Assembly: GCA_963708025.1 (NCBI GenBank)
Contig: CAVPSB010000018.1
Location: forward strand, 160,001 to 224,000
Reading direction: 5' to 3'
Source: an uncultured Candidatus Rokubacteria bacterium
Lineage (GTDB): Bacteria; Methylomirabilota; Methylomirabilia; Rokubacteriales; DASRDR01
Length of the DNA: 64,000 nucleotides
The notes below the pieces were generated by a model. It did not search any database and was not told where the DNA came from. It was given only the letters and a program-made list of their open reading frames with translations. Numbering within the stretch: position 1 is the stretch's first letter; every line of letters begins with the position of its first letter. Shown one piece after another: positions 53,146 to 62,367 of this stretch. The position numbers were made by a program, and so were the translations under genes.

Positions 53146-53652
53146 CTACTTGGTCCCCGTATAACTGTAAGTCACGACCTTCGGCGGGGGGACGCAGCCC
53201 GCGCTGAAGTTCAGACTCTCGGTCCCGTTGATCTGGTTTCCCGTGATCTGACCACTGACGGTGCTCGTCGCGGTGAACCGGCTGCTGAAGGTGTTGGTGC
53301 CCTGCCCGCTGTAGCTGCCATTCGGCTGGATCGTTATCGACATCACGCGGGTTTCGATCTGCATCCTGGAGGGGTTGAGCGTGATGATGATCGGTCCGCT
53401 GAACGTCGCCCTGAAATTGCAGCCGTCGTCCCGTGTCTTCGTGAAGTTGCTGTTGTACGTGCCCGCGAATTGGGCGAGGGGGTCGGCGGGGGGCGCGGGC
53501 GCGGGACCCCCAGGAGGGCCGGGTGTCGCGGTCGCCGGCACGGTCGTTGGCTCGATCGTGGGCGTGGTGGCCGGGCTGCAGTGGGCGATCACTCCCAGGG
53601 CCACGGCGAGCCCCAGGTAGGAGATGGCATTCTTCCTCGGCGTCCCCCTCAC
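53146..53652 (-). CDS. Secreted/lipoprotein hypothetical with a Thr/Pro-rich linker
   Basis: GTG start with GGAGGG RBS; signal peptide ending IAHC; SPATTPTIEPTTVPATATPG; beta-rich domain. Confidence 0.75.
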   Translation of the reverse strand: MRGTPRKNAISYLGLAVALGVIAHCSPATTPTIEPTTVPATATPGPPGGPAPAPPADPLAQFAGTYNSNFTKTRDDGCNFRATFSGPIIITLNPSRMQIETRVMSITIQPNGSYSGQGTNTFSSRFTATSTVSGQITGNQINGTESLNFSAGCVPPPKVVTYSYTGTK

Positions 53653-53965
53653 GGCAGGCCCTCCCAGGTCTGCCGAACGGCTCGAGTGTCGTCCGCCCGG
53701 CGAAGCGGAACCCCTCCCTTGACCAGCGGCACGAGCCGCACTCACGTGCCGGATCGGCGCGACTCTAGCACCACGGCGGAGAGCCCGTCAAGCTTTGCGG
53801 ACCGCCGGCATCGGGTCTCGTCGAGGGCGCCCGCCCGACAGCGGTTGAGCCCACCAGGGTCGCCCGGTATCATACCGGACACCAGATGCGGGTGATCGCG
53901 CGGCGGGAGGCCGGGACGCGGGGTGTCCTCTCGCGAGGCCGGGCGTCCGGACGGCGCCCTCCGAC

Positions 53966-55120
53966 GTGAGACTCCTCAGCATCCTCACGTACTATCATCC
54001 CCACTGGACCGGCCTGACCGCGCACGCCCAGCGCCTGGCCGAGGGTCTGGCGCGCCGGGGCCACGAGGTGACCGTGCTCACCTCGCGCTACTCGCCGGAG
54101 CTCGCGCCGGACGAGGTGTGCCGCGGGGTGCGTGTCCTGCGCCTGCCGGTCCTGGCCCGCGTCAGCCGGGGCGTGATCATGCCGACGTTCCCCGTCGCGG
54201 CCCGGCGGCTCGTCGAGGCCCACGACGTCGTGCAGTTCCACACGCCGATCCTGGAGGCCTGGCTGATCACGACGCTGGCGCGCCGGGCCGGCAAGCGGGC
54301 CCTGATGACCCACCACGGCGACCTCGTCATGCCCGGCCGGCCTTTCGACCGCCTGGTCGAGCGCTCGGTGACCCGGATGATGACGCAGGCGGGAAAGGCC
54401 GCCGCCGCGATCAGCGTGTACAGCCGGGACTACGCCGACCACTCGGCGTTCCTGCGCCCCTTCCGGGCCAAGCTCGTCTACATCCGTCCCCCGATCGACA
54501 TCCCGGTGCCCGACCGGGCGGCGGCGGTGGCCTGGAGGCGCGAGATCGGGCTGGACGGCGCGAGGGTCGTCGGCTTCGCGGGGCGATTCGTCGAGGAGAA
54601 GGGCTTCGACATCCTGCTGAAGGCGGTTCCGCTCGTCCGCGATCGTCTCCCGAACGTCAAGTTCGTCTACGCGGGTGAGACCCGGGTCGTCTACGAGCGC
54701 TTCCACGCCCGGTGGCGTCACCTGGTCGAGCGCTACCGCGCCCACGTCCTCATGCTGGGCCTGATCCGCGATCGCCAGCGGCTGGCCCAGTTCTATGCCA
54801 TGAGCGACGTGTTCGCCTTGCCGAGCCGGTCCGACACCCTGGCCGCCGTGCAGATCGAAGCCATGCTATGCGGCACCCCGGTCGTCGCCTCGGACATCCC
54901 GGGCGCCCGGGAGGCGGTGCGGATCACCGGGATGGGCCGGCTCGTCCGGCCCGAGGATCCCGAGGCCCTGGCCGATGGGCTGGCCGAGGTGGCGCGCGAC
55001 CGCGAGCGGTTCGTCCGGAGCCGCGACACCGTCCGGGCCGTGTTCGACCCCGAGCGGTCGGTGGACGAGTACGAGGCGCTCCTCGGGGTCCTGGCCGGGG
55101 ACGCGGCGGTCAGGGTGTGA
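53966..55120 (+). CDS. GT4 glycosyltransferase
   Basis: LARRGHEVTV, GRFVEEKG, EAMLCGTPVVASD. Confidence 0.92.
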   Translation: MRLLSILTYYHPHWTGLTAHAQRLAEGLARRGHEVTVLTSRYSPELAPDEVCRGVRVLRLPVLARVSRGVIMPTFPVAARRLVEAHDVVQFHTPILEAWLITTLARRAGKRALMTHHGDLVMPGRPFDRLVERSVTRMMTQAGKAAAAISVYSRDYADHSAFLRPFRAKLVYIRPPIDIPVPDRAAAVAWRREIGLDGARVVGFAGRFVEEKGFDILLKAVPLVRDRLPNVKFVYAGETRVVYERFHARWRHLVERYRAHVLMLGLIRDRQRLAQFYAMSDVFALPSRSDTLAAVQIEAMLCGTPVVASDIPGAREAVRITGMGRLVRPEDPEALADGLAEVARDRERFVRSRDTVRAVFDPERSVDEYEALLGVLAGDAAVRV

Positions 55121-56055
55121 CGCCCCTCCCCGGGTCGATGGAATCCGGGCGGGCGAAGCTGGATCGCCTGCTCCGCAACGAAGCCGACATGACGGCGAAG
55201 CATCGGGTCCGGGTGGTGCTGGAGTACCTGGACGTCCAGCCGGGCGATCGAGTGCTCGACTGCGGCTGCGGCTACGGATGGTTCCTGAAGGTGCTCGGCG
55301 AGATGTCCGCGTGCCGGCTCGTGGGGACGGACGTCGATCTGAACCGCCTGGGAAAGGCGCGGCGGGAGCTCGCCGCCGGAGCGGGCCCAGGGAGCGCGGC
55401 GGTGCTCGCTGCCGACGCCGCGCGCCTGCCCTTTCAGGACGACACCTTCGACAAGATCGTGCTGTCGGAGGTGCTCGAGCACCTGCCGGGCGATCGGGCC
55501 GCGCTGCTCGAGGTCCGGCGGGTGCTGAAGCCGGGCGGGGTGGTCGCGATCACGGTGCCCAATCGCGACTATCCGATGCTGTGGGACCCGGTGAACTGGC
55601 TGCGCGAGCGTCTGGGCCTGGCCCCCATCCGTCGTGGACTCTTCGGCGGGATCTGGACGGACCACCTGAGACTCTATCGTCGGGACGAGATCGTGCGTCT
55701 CGTGCGAGAGGCCCGCTTCGCCGTCGAGGACGTGCGGGGACTGGTGCACTACTGCGTCCCGTTCAGTCACAACCTCGTCTACGGGCTGGGCAAGCCGCTG
55801 GTCGAGCGCGGGCTGCTGGCCCGCGCCGATCGATTCCGCTACGCGGAGAACCGCGGGTCCATGTGGGACCCCCTGAACCTGGGGCGGTGGGTGTTCAACG
55901 CGATCGACCGGCTCAACGGCCCGGCGTCGGGCACGGCCGGGACGACGGTGGTCATCGGCCTGAAAGCGCGGAAGCCGGGCGGTCCACCCGGTGTCGAGAG
56001 TGCGGCGGTGACCGACCCGGGCGCGGTGGTCGCACGCACCGGACCGCCCGGCTGA
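55117..56055 (+). CDS. Class I SAM-dependent methyltransferase
   Basis: VLDCGCGYG, LPFQDDTFD, EVLEHL, LKPGG. Confidence 0.9.
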   Translation: MTPLPGSMESGRAKLDRLLRNEADMTAKHRVRVVLEYLDVQPGDRVLDCGCGYGWFLKVLGEMSACRLVGTDVDLNRLGKARRELAAGAGPGSAAVLAADAARLPFQDDTFDKIVLSEVLEHLPGDRAALLEVRRVLKPGGVVAITVPNRDYPMLWDPVNWLRERLGLAPIRRGLFGGIWTDHLRLYRRDEIVRLVREARFAVEDVRGLVHYCVPFSHNLVYGLGKPLVERGLLARADRFRYAENRGSMWDPLNLGRWVFNAIDRLNGPASGTAGTTVVIGLKARKPGGPPGVESAAVTDPGAVVARTGPPG

Positions 56056-56080
56056 TGGATGCCCTCGGTGGGGTCTCGCC

Positions 56081-56887
56081 ATGTCGCCGGCGCGGCTGAG
56101 GTACTACGTCGCCTCGATCCCGACGTTGCTGCGCGGGGTGAAGAACCGGGCGGCGACCGCCGCCGCCCTGCTCCGGGCGCGTCGCGGCGAGCCCTTCGTG
56201 GTCGAGTTGCGCGATGGGTGCCGCTTCAAAGTGGTGACCGCGCTGGATCTGTGGATCCTCAAGGAGGTGTGCCTCGACCGGGAATATGAGCGATACGGCG
56301 CGACGATCCGAAACGGCTGGACCGTCGTTGACGTCGGCGCGGGCCTCGGCGAGTTCTGCATCCAGGTCGCCCGCGAGCACCCCGACTGCCGCGTCTATGC
56401 GTTCGAGCCGGGGTCCGAGTCGTTCGCGCTGTTACGGGAGAACGTCGGCCTCAACGCCGTTCGAAACGTCAGCCTCTTCCCCTGGGCCGTCGGCGGGCGT
56501 GCCGGCGTGTCCGTCCTGCGTCTGGCGGCGGGCACACGGGCCCGGGCCAGCATCGCGACGGCGGCGGGAACCCCCGGACAGCCGTGGGCTGACGTGCCGA
56601 CGACGACGCTGGGCGAGATCTTCCGTGACCTGGACATTCCGCGGTGCGACTTCCTGAAGGTGGACTGCGAGGGCGCCGAGTACGACATCCTCATGGGCGC
56701 GGACGCCGGCACGCTGGACCGGATCGCGCACATGAGCATCGAGTACCACGATGGCGTCACGGCCTTCTCCGGCGTCGATCTGGCCCGATTCCTGGAGAGC
56801 CGGGGATTCCGGGTCCGTCAGGTCCGGAATCCCGCGTATCCCGCGAAGCTCGGGTGGCTGTCCGCAGCCCACCCCCGCCACGCCTGA
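56081..56887 (+). CDS. FkbM family methyltransferase
   Basis: VDVGAGLG, YAFEP, LKVDCEGAE, IEYH. Confidence 0.92.
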   Translation: MSPARLRYYVASIPTLLRGVKNRAATAAALLRARRGEPFVVELRDGCRFKVVTALDLWILKEVCLDREYERYGATIRNGWTVVDVGAGLGEFCIQVAREHPDCRVYAFEPGSESFALLRENVGLNAVRNVSLFPWAVGGRAGVSVLRLAAGTRARASIATAAGTPGQPWADVPTTTLGEIFRDLDIPRCDFLKVDCEGAEYDILMGADAGTLDRIAHMSIEYHDGVTAFSGVDLARFLESRGFRVRQVRNPAYPAKLGWLSAAHPRHA

Positions 56888-57030
56888 GCTTCTCAGCCCC
56901 AGAAGCTGCCGGGCAGGGCACCGGGTGCCCCGAAAGAACCACCAGACGACCGGTGTGATGGCCGCCAGGATCGGGAGCGGCACGAGCGCCTCGAGTAGCT
57001 CGGGACCTCCCGCCCACTTCCCCATGGCCC

Positions 57031-59559
57031 TCAGCGCTCGACCGGGCTCTCCTCCCCGAAGACGAGATCCTCCAGCCACTCGATCTGGATCCGATCGGGA
57101 CCCCGCAGGCTCCCGCCGTAGGCGCCGTTAACGGCGCGCCGGGTGGCCCACAGGACCACCTGCTTGCCCTGCTGCTGGAGCGTCCGGATCGCCTCGTGGA
57201 AGTCGCCGTCGCCGGTCCCGATCACGAAGACGGAGATCTCGGGGTGCTCCCGCAAGACCAGGTGGATCTTCTCCAGCAGCACGTGATCGGACGAGTTGGA
57301 CTTCGCCCCGCCGGCGATGTCCGAGAAGTACCCGGCGTTCTTCACGGCCTTCTGGTCACCCTCGAAGGTGGGCCGGTCCCAGTCCGCCACCGCCCAACGC
57401 TGGCGGGGGAGACCGTGGCGCCAAGCCGCGTCGCGGAGCCGGGTGGCCAGTTCGGCACCGGCGAGCCGGGACCGCAACGCCTGGGCCCGCCCGTCGGGCA
57501 TCTCGGCGATCAGGTCGGCCAGGCTGATCTTGATGTTCTCCCAGTCGAGCATGAGGGCGAGCGGCGGCCGCTCCGGACTGGCGCCGGACCGCTCGCGCCG
57601 GCGCTCGAGCGGGGGCGCCACGGCGGCCCGCCCGGCGTCGCGGGCCGGCGGGCTCTCGGGCTCTTCGCTCTCGCCGGGGGCGTCGGGCTCGGCGGGAGCC
57701 CGGCCGCTGGGGCCCAGCCGCTCCTCCCACATCCGGGCATCGGCGTCCGCCATGCCGGTGTCCCGCCAGCTCTGCTTCAGGATGCGGAGGCCGTCCTCCT
57801 GGAAGCCGTGGCGGAGACCCCAGCCGAGCAGGCCCCGCAGCACCTGGGTCTTCTTGCGGGGATCGACGTTCTTCTTGTGCTGCGTTGACCGCCAGCTCTG
57901 CTGGCGGCACCGCCAGGCCGCCGTCAGGTCGCCGGCCGTCTCGTTGAGGACCGCCGCGCATTCCCAGTTCTTGAAGACCCGGCCTTCGCTCCCGTAGGAC
58001 GCGCGCTGGCGGAACCACTCGACGCCGGCGGCGATGAGCGAGTGCTCGATGAAGTCGCGCGTGAGCTGGTCCAGCTCGTCGAACGCGAGCCGCTCCTTCG
58101 GATCCGGGAACACGCGGTCGGGGTCGCGCAGGATCCGGTTGATGCGACGGAAGTGGTCGCGGAAGGCCGCCGGCCCGCCGGGCCCGCCACCCTCCCGGAG
58201 CGCCTCCGCGTCCTGGAGCGCGGCCAGCAGGTGGGCCTCGTAGTAGCGGGCCTTGAGGAACAGCGTCGCCAGGACGTCGCGCCGGTTCTGCTCGAGCGCC
58301 CACAGGAGGCACAGCTCGAACACCTCGGAGGTGTGGGCGTCGTGTTCCAGCGCCGGCACCAGGACGTCGAGGGCTTCGGGAGCCCGGGACGGGAGGCGTC
58401 GCAGGGCGCACGCCAGGTTCCACCGCGCCGTCCAGCCCCGGTCCGGCCGGAAGTTCTCGGAGGCGATGGCCTCCTCCAGGAGCTCGATGATGTCGTGGAT
58501 GTCGGTGGTCCGGCCGAAGAGGGTCAGCGCGTACGCGTACCACTCCTTGGCGATGGTGTTGTGGCTCTTGCGGTAGTGGATGTCGTTGAACAGGTCGAGG
58601 GCGCGCGGATCCTGGCGGAGGATCAGGCCGCGCGCCTCGACGAAGGCCGGATCGGGGGCGCCGCTGACCCGCAGCTCGGACACCGGCTCCCGGTACTCGG
58701 CCTTCGCGTCCAGGCGAAGCCTGAGGTTCATCTCCAGCTCGTCGGCGATCTCCTCCAGGGCCTGACCCAGGGCCTGGGCGTCGCCGCGCTCGACCGCCTG
58801 GCGGATCGCCGACCAGACCGCGGGGGGAATTAGCGCCGAGAGGTCCTCCGGGCGACGGAGGGCGCGCTGCGCCTTGCGGGCGGCGGCCGGCGCCACTTCC
58901 TGGCCGATCTCCTCCCACTGCCGGCGGATCTTCTCGAGCCGGGTCGGGATCTCCATCGCCAGGACCGGCTCGATGTTTTCCCGGACGATCCGCTCGTGGA
59001 AGGCGGCATCGCCCTCGCCGGCCGCCCGGATCCGCTCCAGCTCGGACAGGAGCAGCTCGTTGACGCCGAGGAGGAGCTGGGGAGGGACGATGCCCCAGGC
59101 GGAGCGCACGAAGGTCAGGACGGCCTCCTGGATCGCGCCGGCGTCGGTCTCCCCGGCCTGGCAGCGACCGACCTCGTGGAGCACGAGCACCTTGAGCGCG
59201 TTCGAAAGGGTCTGCCGCATCGGCTGGGTTGCCCGGAGCAGGGGGTTGCCGCCCCGGAACATCTCGTGGGCAGCCTGGAAGAGCCGGAGGCCCTCGGCGA
59301 CCTCGCCGGTCCCGGCCGTCCGCCGGCCGAGCACGTCGAGCGCGAAGCCGAGGGTGACCAGCTCCCGGCTCCGGGAGCCGTCCCTGACCTGGGACGCCGT
59401 CGAGGGCGCCTCCCTCAGGGACAGGACGGCGGCGCGGTTCTTCTCGCGATGCTCCTCGGGAAAGTCGTCGAGGCGCGACTCGATGGTCGCGACCAGGTCA
59501 GGCAGTGCATCGACGATCTGCTCGGCCGACCAAAGATGCCACTCGAGAGGTTGACCCAT
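57031..59559 (-). CDS. 842-aa protein: helical (TPR-like) N-terminus and C-terminal NYN (PIN-like) domain
   Basis: LMLDWENI, KSNSSDH, IGTGDGDF..LQQQGKQV in the C-terminal ~180 aa; Pro/Glu-rich linker. Confidence 0.75.
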   Translation of the reverse strand: MGQPLEWHLWSAEQIVDALPDLVATIESRLDDFPEEHREKNRAAVLSLREAPSTASQVRDGSRSRELVTLGFALDVLGRRTAGTGEVAEGLRLFQAAHEMFRGGNPLLRATQPMRQTLSNALKVLVLHEVGRCQAGETDAGAIQEAVLTFVRSAWGIVPPQLLLGVNELLLSELERIRAAGEGDAAFHERIVRENIEPVLAMEIPTRLEKIRRQWEEIGQEVAPAAARKAQRALRRPEDLSALIPPAVWSAIRQAVERGDAQALGQALEEIADELEMNLRLRLDAKAEYREPVSELRVSGAPDPAFVEARGLILRQDPRALDLFNDIHYRKSHNTIAKEWYAYALTLFGRTTDIHDIIELLEEAIASENFRPDRGWTARWNLACALRRLPSRAPEALDVLVPALEHDAHTSEVFELCLLWALEQNRRDVLATLFLKARYYEAHLLAALQDAEALREGGGPGGPAAFRDHFRRINRILRDPDRVFPDPKERLAFDELDQLTRDFIEHSLIAAGVEWFRQRASYGSEGRVFKNWECAAVLNETAGDLTAAWRCRQQSWRSTQHKKNVDPRKKTQVLRGLLGWGLRHGFQEDGLRILKQSWRDTGMADADARMWEERLGPSGRAPAEPDAPGESEEPESPPARDAGRAAVAPPLERRRERSGASPERPPLALMLDWENIKISLADLIAEMPDGRAQALRSRLAGAELATRLRDAAWRHGLPRQRWAVADWDRPTFEGDQKAVKNAGYFSDIAGGAKSNSSDHVLLEKIHLVLREHPEISVFVIGTGDGDFHEAIRTLQQQGKQVVLWATRRAVNGAYGGSLRGPDRIQIEWLEDLVFGEESPVER

Positions 59560-59748
59560 GGGACCTCGCTCCTACGTGCACGTGGCTCCCCGCCGGGGAG
59601 TGACAGCATTGGTCCGGTGACCGGGTGATCAAGGGGTGACGCCGCTCAAAGAGGCCCGGGTCGTGTCGTCGGGCTGACACCGGCTGCCCGCTGACTTCCC
59701 TGCGCGCTCGGCAGAAGCCCGGGGTCGGAGCGGGACCAACACTCCGAG

Positions 59749-60171
59749 CTACCGGCGACGCCGCGGCGCGGTCTTGCGGCTGGCCTGTCCCGCGTGCGGC
59801 CGCCGGGCGGGCTTCCGGGGGACGTGGCGGCTCGGAGCCGGCTTCCGGGGCGCGGGCTGGGGCTGCCGGACCGGAGCGTGGACAGGGATGGGTGCCGTCC
59901 GCTCCTTCATCGGCGGGGACTTGCGTGCTTTCGGGTCAACGGCCGGCTGGACGATAATGGACGGGGTGGCGTCGAGGAAGTGACGCACCGCGAACCCGCA
60001 GACCCGGCACCGCTTGTAGATGAACCGGCGGCCGTGCTCGTCGACCCGGGTCCGGCCCAGCACCTCCATCCGGACCGCACAGCACTTGTTGGGGGCCGGC
60101 GGCGAGATGATCCTTTTAGGATAAAGATTCTGAGCTTTTACATGACGTGTATAAACGATGATGCTCTTCAT
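59749..60171 (-). CDS. Small Zn-ribbon protein with a basic Pro/Arg tail
   Basis: KCC..M....YKRCRVCGF followed by a low-complexity basic C-terminus. Confidence 0.6.
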   Translation of the reverse strand: MKSIIVYTRHVKAQNLYPKRIISPPAPNKCCAVRMEVLGRTRVDEHGRRFIYKRCRVCGFAVRHFLDATPSIIVQPAVDPKARKSPPMKERTAPIPVHAPVRQPQPAPRKPAPSRHVPRKPARRPHAGQASRKTAPRRRR

Positions 60172-60230
60172 GGTCCCAGCCGTGCTCGGGGGCATTTTCC
60201 CCGAATCGGCCGTAGTTTGCAAGTAGAATC

Positions 60231-61112
60231 TTACGTGGGACGTTCGGAGGCCGGGCGGCCGCGGCTGACGAGGGCGCGGGCGCTCGGGAAGAGGCGGAAG
60301 AGGGTTTCGTGGGGTGTCGTTTCCAGGAACGGCTCGACGAGCCGCTTCGTGTAGGCCGGGCTCCCCGCGAAGCGCACCTCGCCGGACGCGATCAGCGTGC
60401 CGTCGCCGGTCAGGAGGAGACCCTGAGCGCGAAGGTACCGGCCGCGCCGATCATCGTCCGGCCGAACGCCGGCCCGGTCGCCGATGACGAGGAGGGGCGC
60501 GAAGGGGAGCGGTCGCACGACCGTGACGGTGACCTCGGTGGTGACACCGCACTCCTGCTGCGCCAGCGCGCCGAGCCACCAGCCGAGCTCGTCGAGGGCG
60601 ATCGTGACCAGGGCGGGGTGCAGCGAGCCGTCGGCGGCGCGATAGGTGTCGCGGGGCGTGTACTCGCGCCAGAGAAACCGGTCATCGAAGGCGAACCGGA
60701 TCCCGAGGCCCAGGGCGTTGTCGGTGCCACAGGCCAGGCAGGTTGCGGTCGCCGGGACTTCAGCCAGCGGTTGCCTGCCCCGCCAGGCGTCGAGGATCGG
60801 CCGGGGGTCGATGGCAAGGACTGGCCCGCGCGCCAGCTCCGCCGCCGCCAGCCGGCGGTCTCCCTGGGCGAGCGCGAGCTGGGCCACGCTGCCGGCGCTC
60901 CCCGTCGTCAGCTGGAGCGGCGTCTCGGTGGGGACGCCGCGGAGCAGCTCCATGCGGAGCCGGACCGGCGGGCTCGGTGTGGTCACGCGGTAGAAGAGCC
61001 CAGCCACGGCACCCCCGTGGACCGTGCCGGGAAAGCCGTGGAAGTCGCGCGCGAACGTGACCTCGCCGAGCCCGGCGCCGGCGAGGGCCTCACGCAGCGC
61101 CGCTTCGATCAT
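60231..61112 (-). CDS. Double hotdog-fold (PaaI/thioesterase-like) protein
   Basis: FHGFPGTVHGG and a second unit CLACGTDNALGL..LHP..LDE. Confidence 0.75.
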   Translation of the reverse strand: MIEAALREALAGAGLGEVTFARDFHGFPGTVHGGAVAGLFYRVTTPSPPVRLRMELLRGVPTETPLQLTTGSAGSVAQLALAQGDRRLAAAELARGPVLAIDPRPILDAWRGRQPLAEVPATATCLACGTDNALGLGIRFAFDDRFLWREYTPRDTYRAADGSLHPALVTIALDELGWWLGALAQQECGVTTEVTVTVVRPLPFAPLLVIGDRAGVRPDDDRRGRYLRAQGLLLTGDGTLIASGEVRFAGSPAYTKRLVEPFLETTPHETLFRLFPSARALVSRGRPASERPT

Positions 61113-61171
61113 CGGGGGGCCGGCGCCACTAGAGTCTTTGCGCCAGAGCGGCGACAGATGAGTCAAGATCT

Positions 61172-61354
61172 CGGGGGCGGGGCCGAGGAGCGAGCAGCGC
61201 CCACAGGCCGAAGGCCGTCCAATGGACGCAGGGAGTCGCCGACCGGAGGCGTACTCCGAGTACGCCGAGGATCGGCGACGACCCCAACGGCCGAAGGCCG
61301 TCCGAACGACGACCGTAGGTCGGGACGGACGCGAGGCCGTAGGCCGAGCGCGTC
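61172..61354. repeat. Scaffold A, copy 2 (inverted), with two modules and extra GNA mini-hairpins
   Basis: 61224-61313 is the inverse of 711-800; modules at 61201-61220 and 61284-61303; GACC-GTA-GGTC at 61311-61321; GGCC-GTA-GGCC at 61335-61345. Confidence 0.9.
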
Positions 61355-61395
61355 ACGACCGAGATGAACGTTGCGACGCTCATCGGCCCCGCCCG

Positions 61396-61512
61396 CTAGG
61401 GGTCGGAGCAGTCGCGCGTATAGCCGCAGTGCGGGCACACGAGCTTGCACTTGATCTCCCGCATCACGGTCCCGCAGACCCAGCAGATGTGCGCCTCGGC
61501 CGGCGCCGCCAT
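61396..61512 (-). CDS. 38-aa C(P)xCG zinc-finger microprotein
   Basis: CWVCG..M..IKCKLVCPHCGYTRDCSDP; RBS GGAGG upstream. Confidence 0.75.
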   Translation of the reverse strand: MAAPAEAHICWVCGTVMREIKCKLVCPHCGYTRDCSDP

Positions 61513-61548
61513 GGCGATCCTCCCTCCCTCGGGGCTATAGTATGATCG

Positions 61549-62127
61549 ATGCGCGCCCCGGTTCAACTGGTGTGCGCCCTGCTCGGCGCTTGGGCCCTGT
61601 CGGCGGCCGGGTGTGCGCGGGTGACGCTCGATACGGTCCAGACCGACGTCGCCGCGGGGCACGGCCACCTGATTCGGACGGTGCCCTTCATCCCCCAGGA
61701 GGCGTACCAGTGCGGTCCCGCTGCGCTGGCGATGGTTCTCCAGTACTACGGCTCCCTGATCGGGGCGGACGAGATCGCCCGGGAGCTGTACCTGCCGTCG
61801 ATCCGGGGCACGCTGAACCTGGACATCGAGTTCTTCGCCCGCCGGCGCGGCTTTCAGGCCCGGTCGTTCGCCGGGACGCTCGAGCAGGCCAGGGCCGAGC
61901 TGCGCCGCGACCGACCGCTCATCGTCTTCCAGGACCTCGGGCTCCCGGGGTATCCGGTGCCCCACTTCGCGGTGCTCGTCGGCTACGACGACCGCGCCCG
62001 GGCCGTCGTCCTCCACTCGGGGACGACGGCGTATCGAACGCTCTCCTACCCTGACTTCGAGCGGAGCTGGGCCCGCCGCCGCGCCTGGACCCTCCTGATC
62101 ACCCCACCGGACTCTCCAGCCTCGTGA
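61549..62127 (+). CDS. C39-like cysteine peptidase lipoprotein (PA2778-like)
   Basis: AAGC lipobox; VPFIPQ..QCGPAALAM, HFAVLVGYD. Confidence 0.85.
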   Translation: MRAPVQLVCALLGAWALSAAGCARVTLDTVQTDVAAGHGHLIRTVPFIPQEAYQCGPAALAMVLQYYGSLIGADEIARELYLPSIRGTLNLDIEFFARRRGFQARSFAGTLEQARAELRRDRPLIVFQDLGLPGYPVPHFAVLVGYDDRARAVVLHSGTTAYRTLSYPDFERSWARRRAWTLLITPPDSPAS

Positions 62128-62367
62128 CCGATCGCGCCGATATTCCAAGCGTTTTTAGTCATCAAGCTCGCCTCGCACGATCCGCGCGGCAGGCCCCGGC
62201 ACCTCGCTGACGGTCCTCGTTCAGGCAGGGGGTCGGCCCGACCTGTCAGGAGGGTGCGGCCCGGCCGCGCCGCTTGACCGGTGCCGACATCGGGCGTAGC
62301 GTGAGGGGGCCATCCCCCAGGTGGGGTGGCATCATTGTCTTCGCCTCGACGCACGTCGGGAGGGTGG

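Noticed and set aside
56920-57025. LLEALVPLPILAAITPVVWWFFRGT, a membrane-protein-like fragment (possibly a CPBP protease N-terminus)
   Set aside because: Too short, and it degenerates into the antisense of the FkbM gene; at most a remnant.
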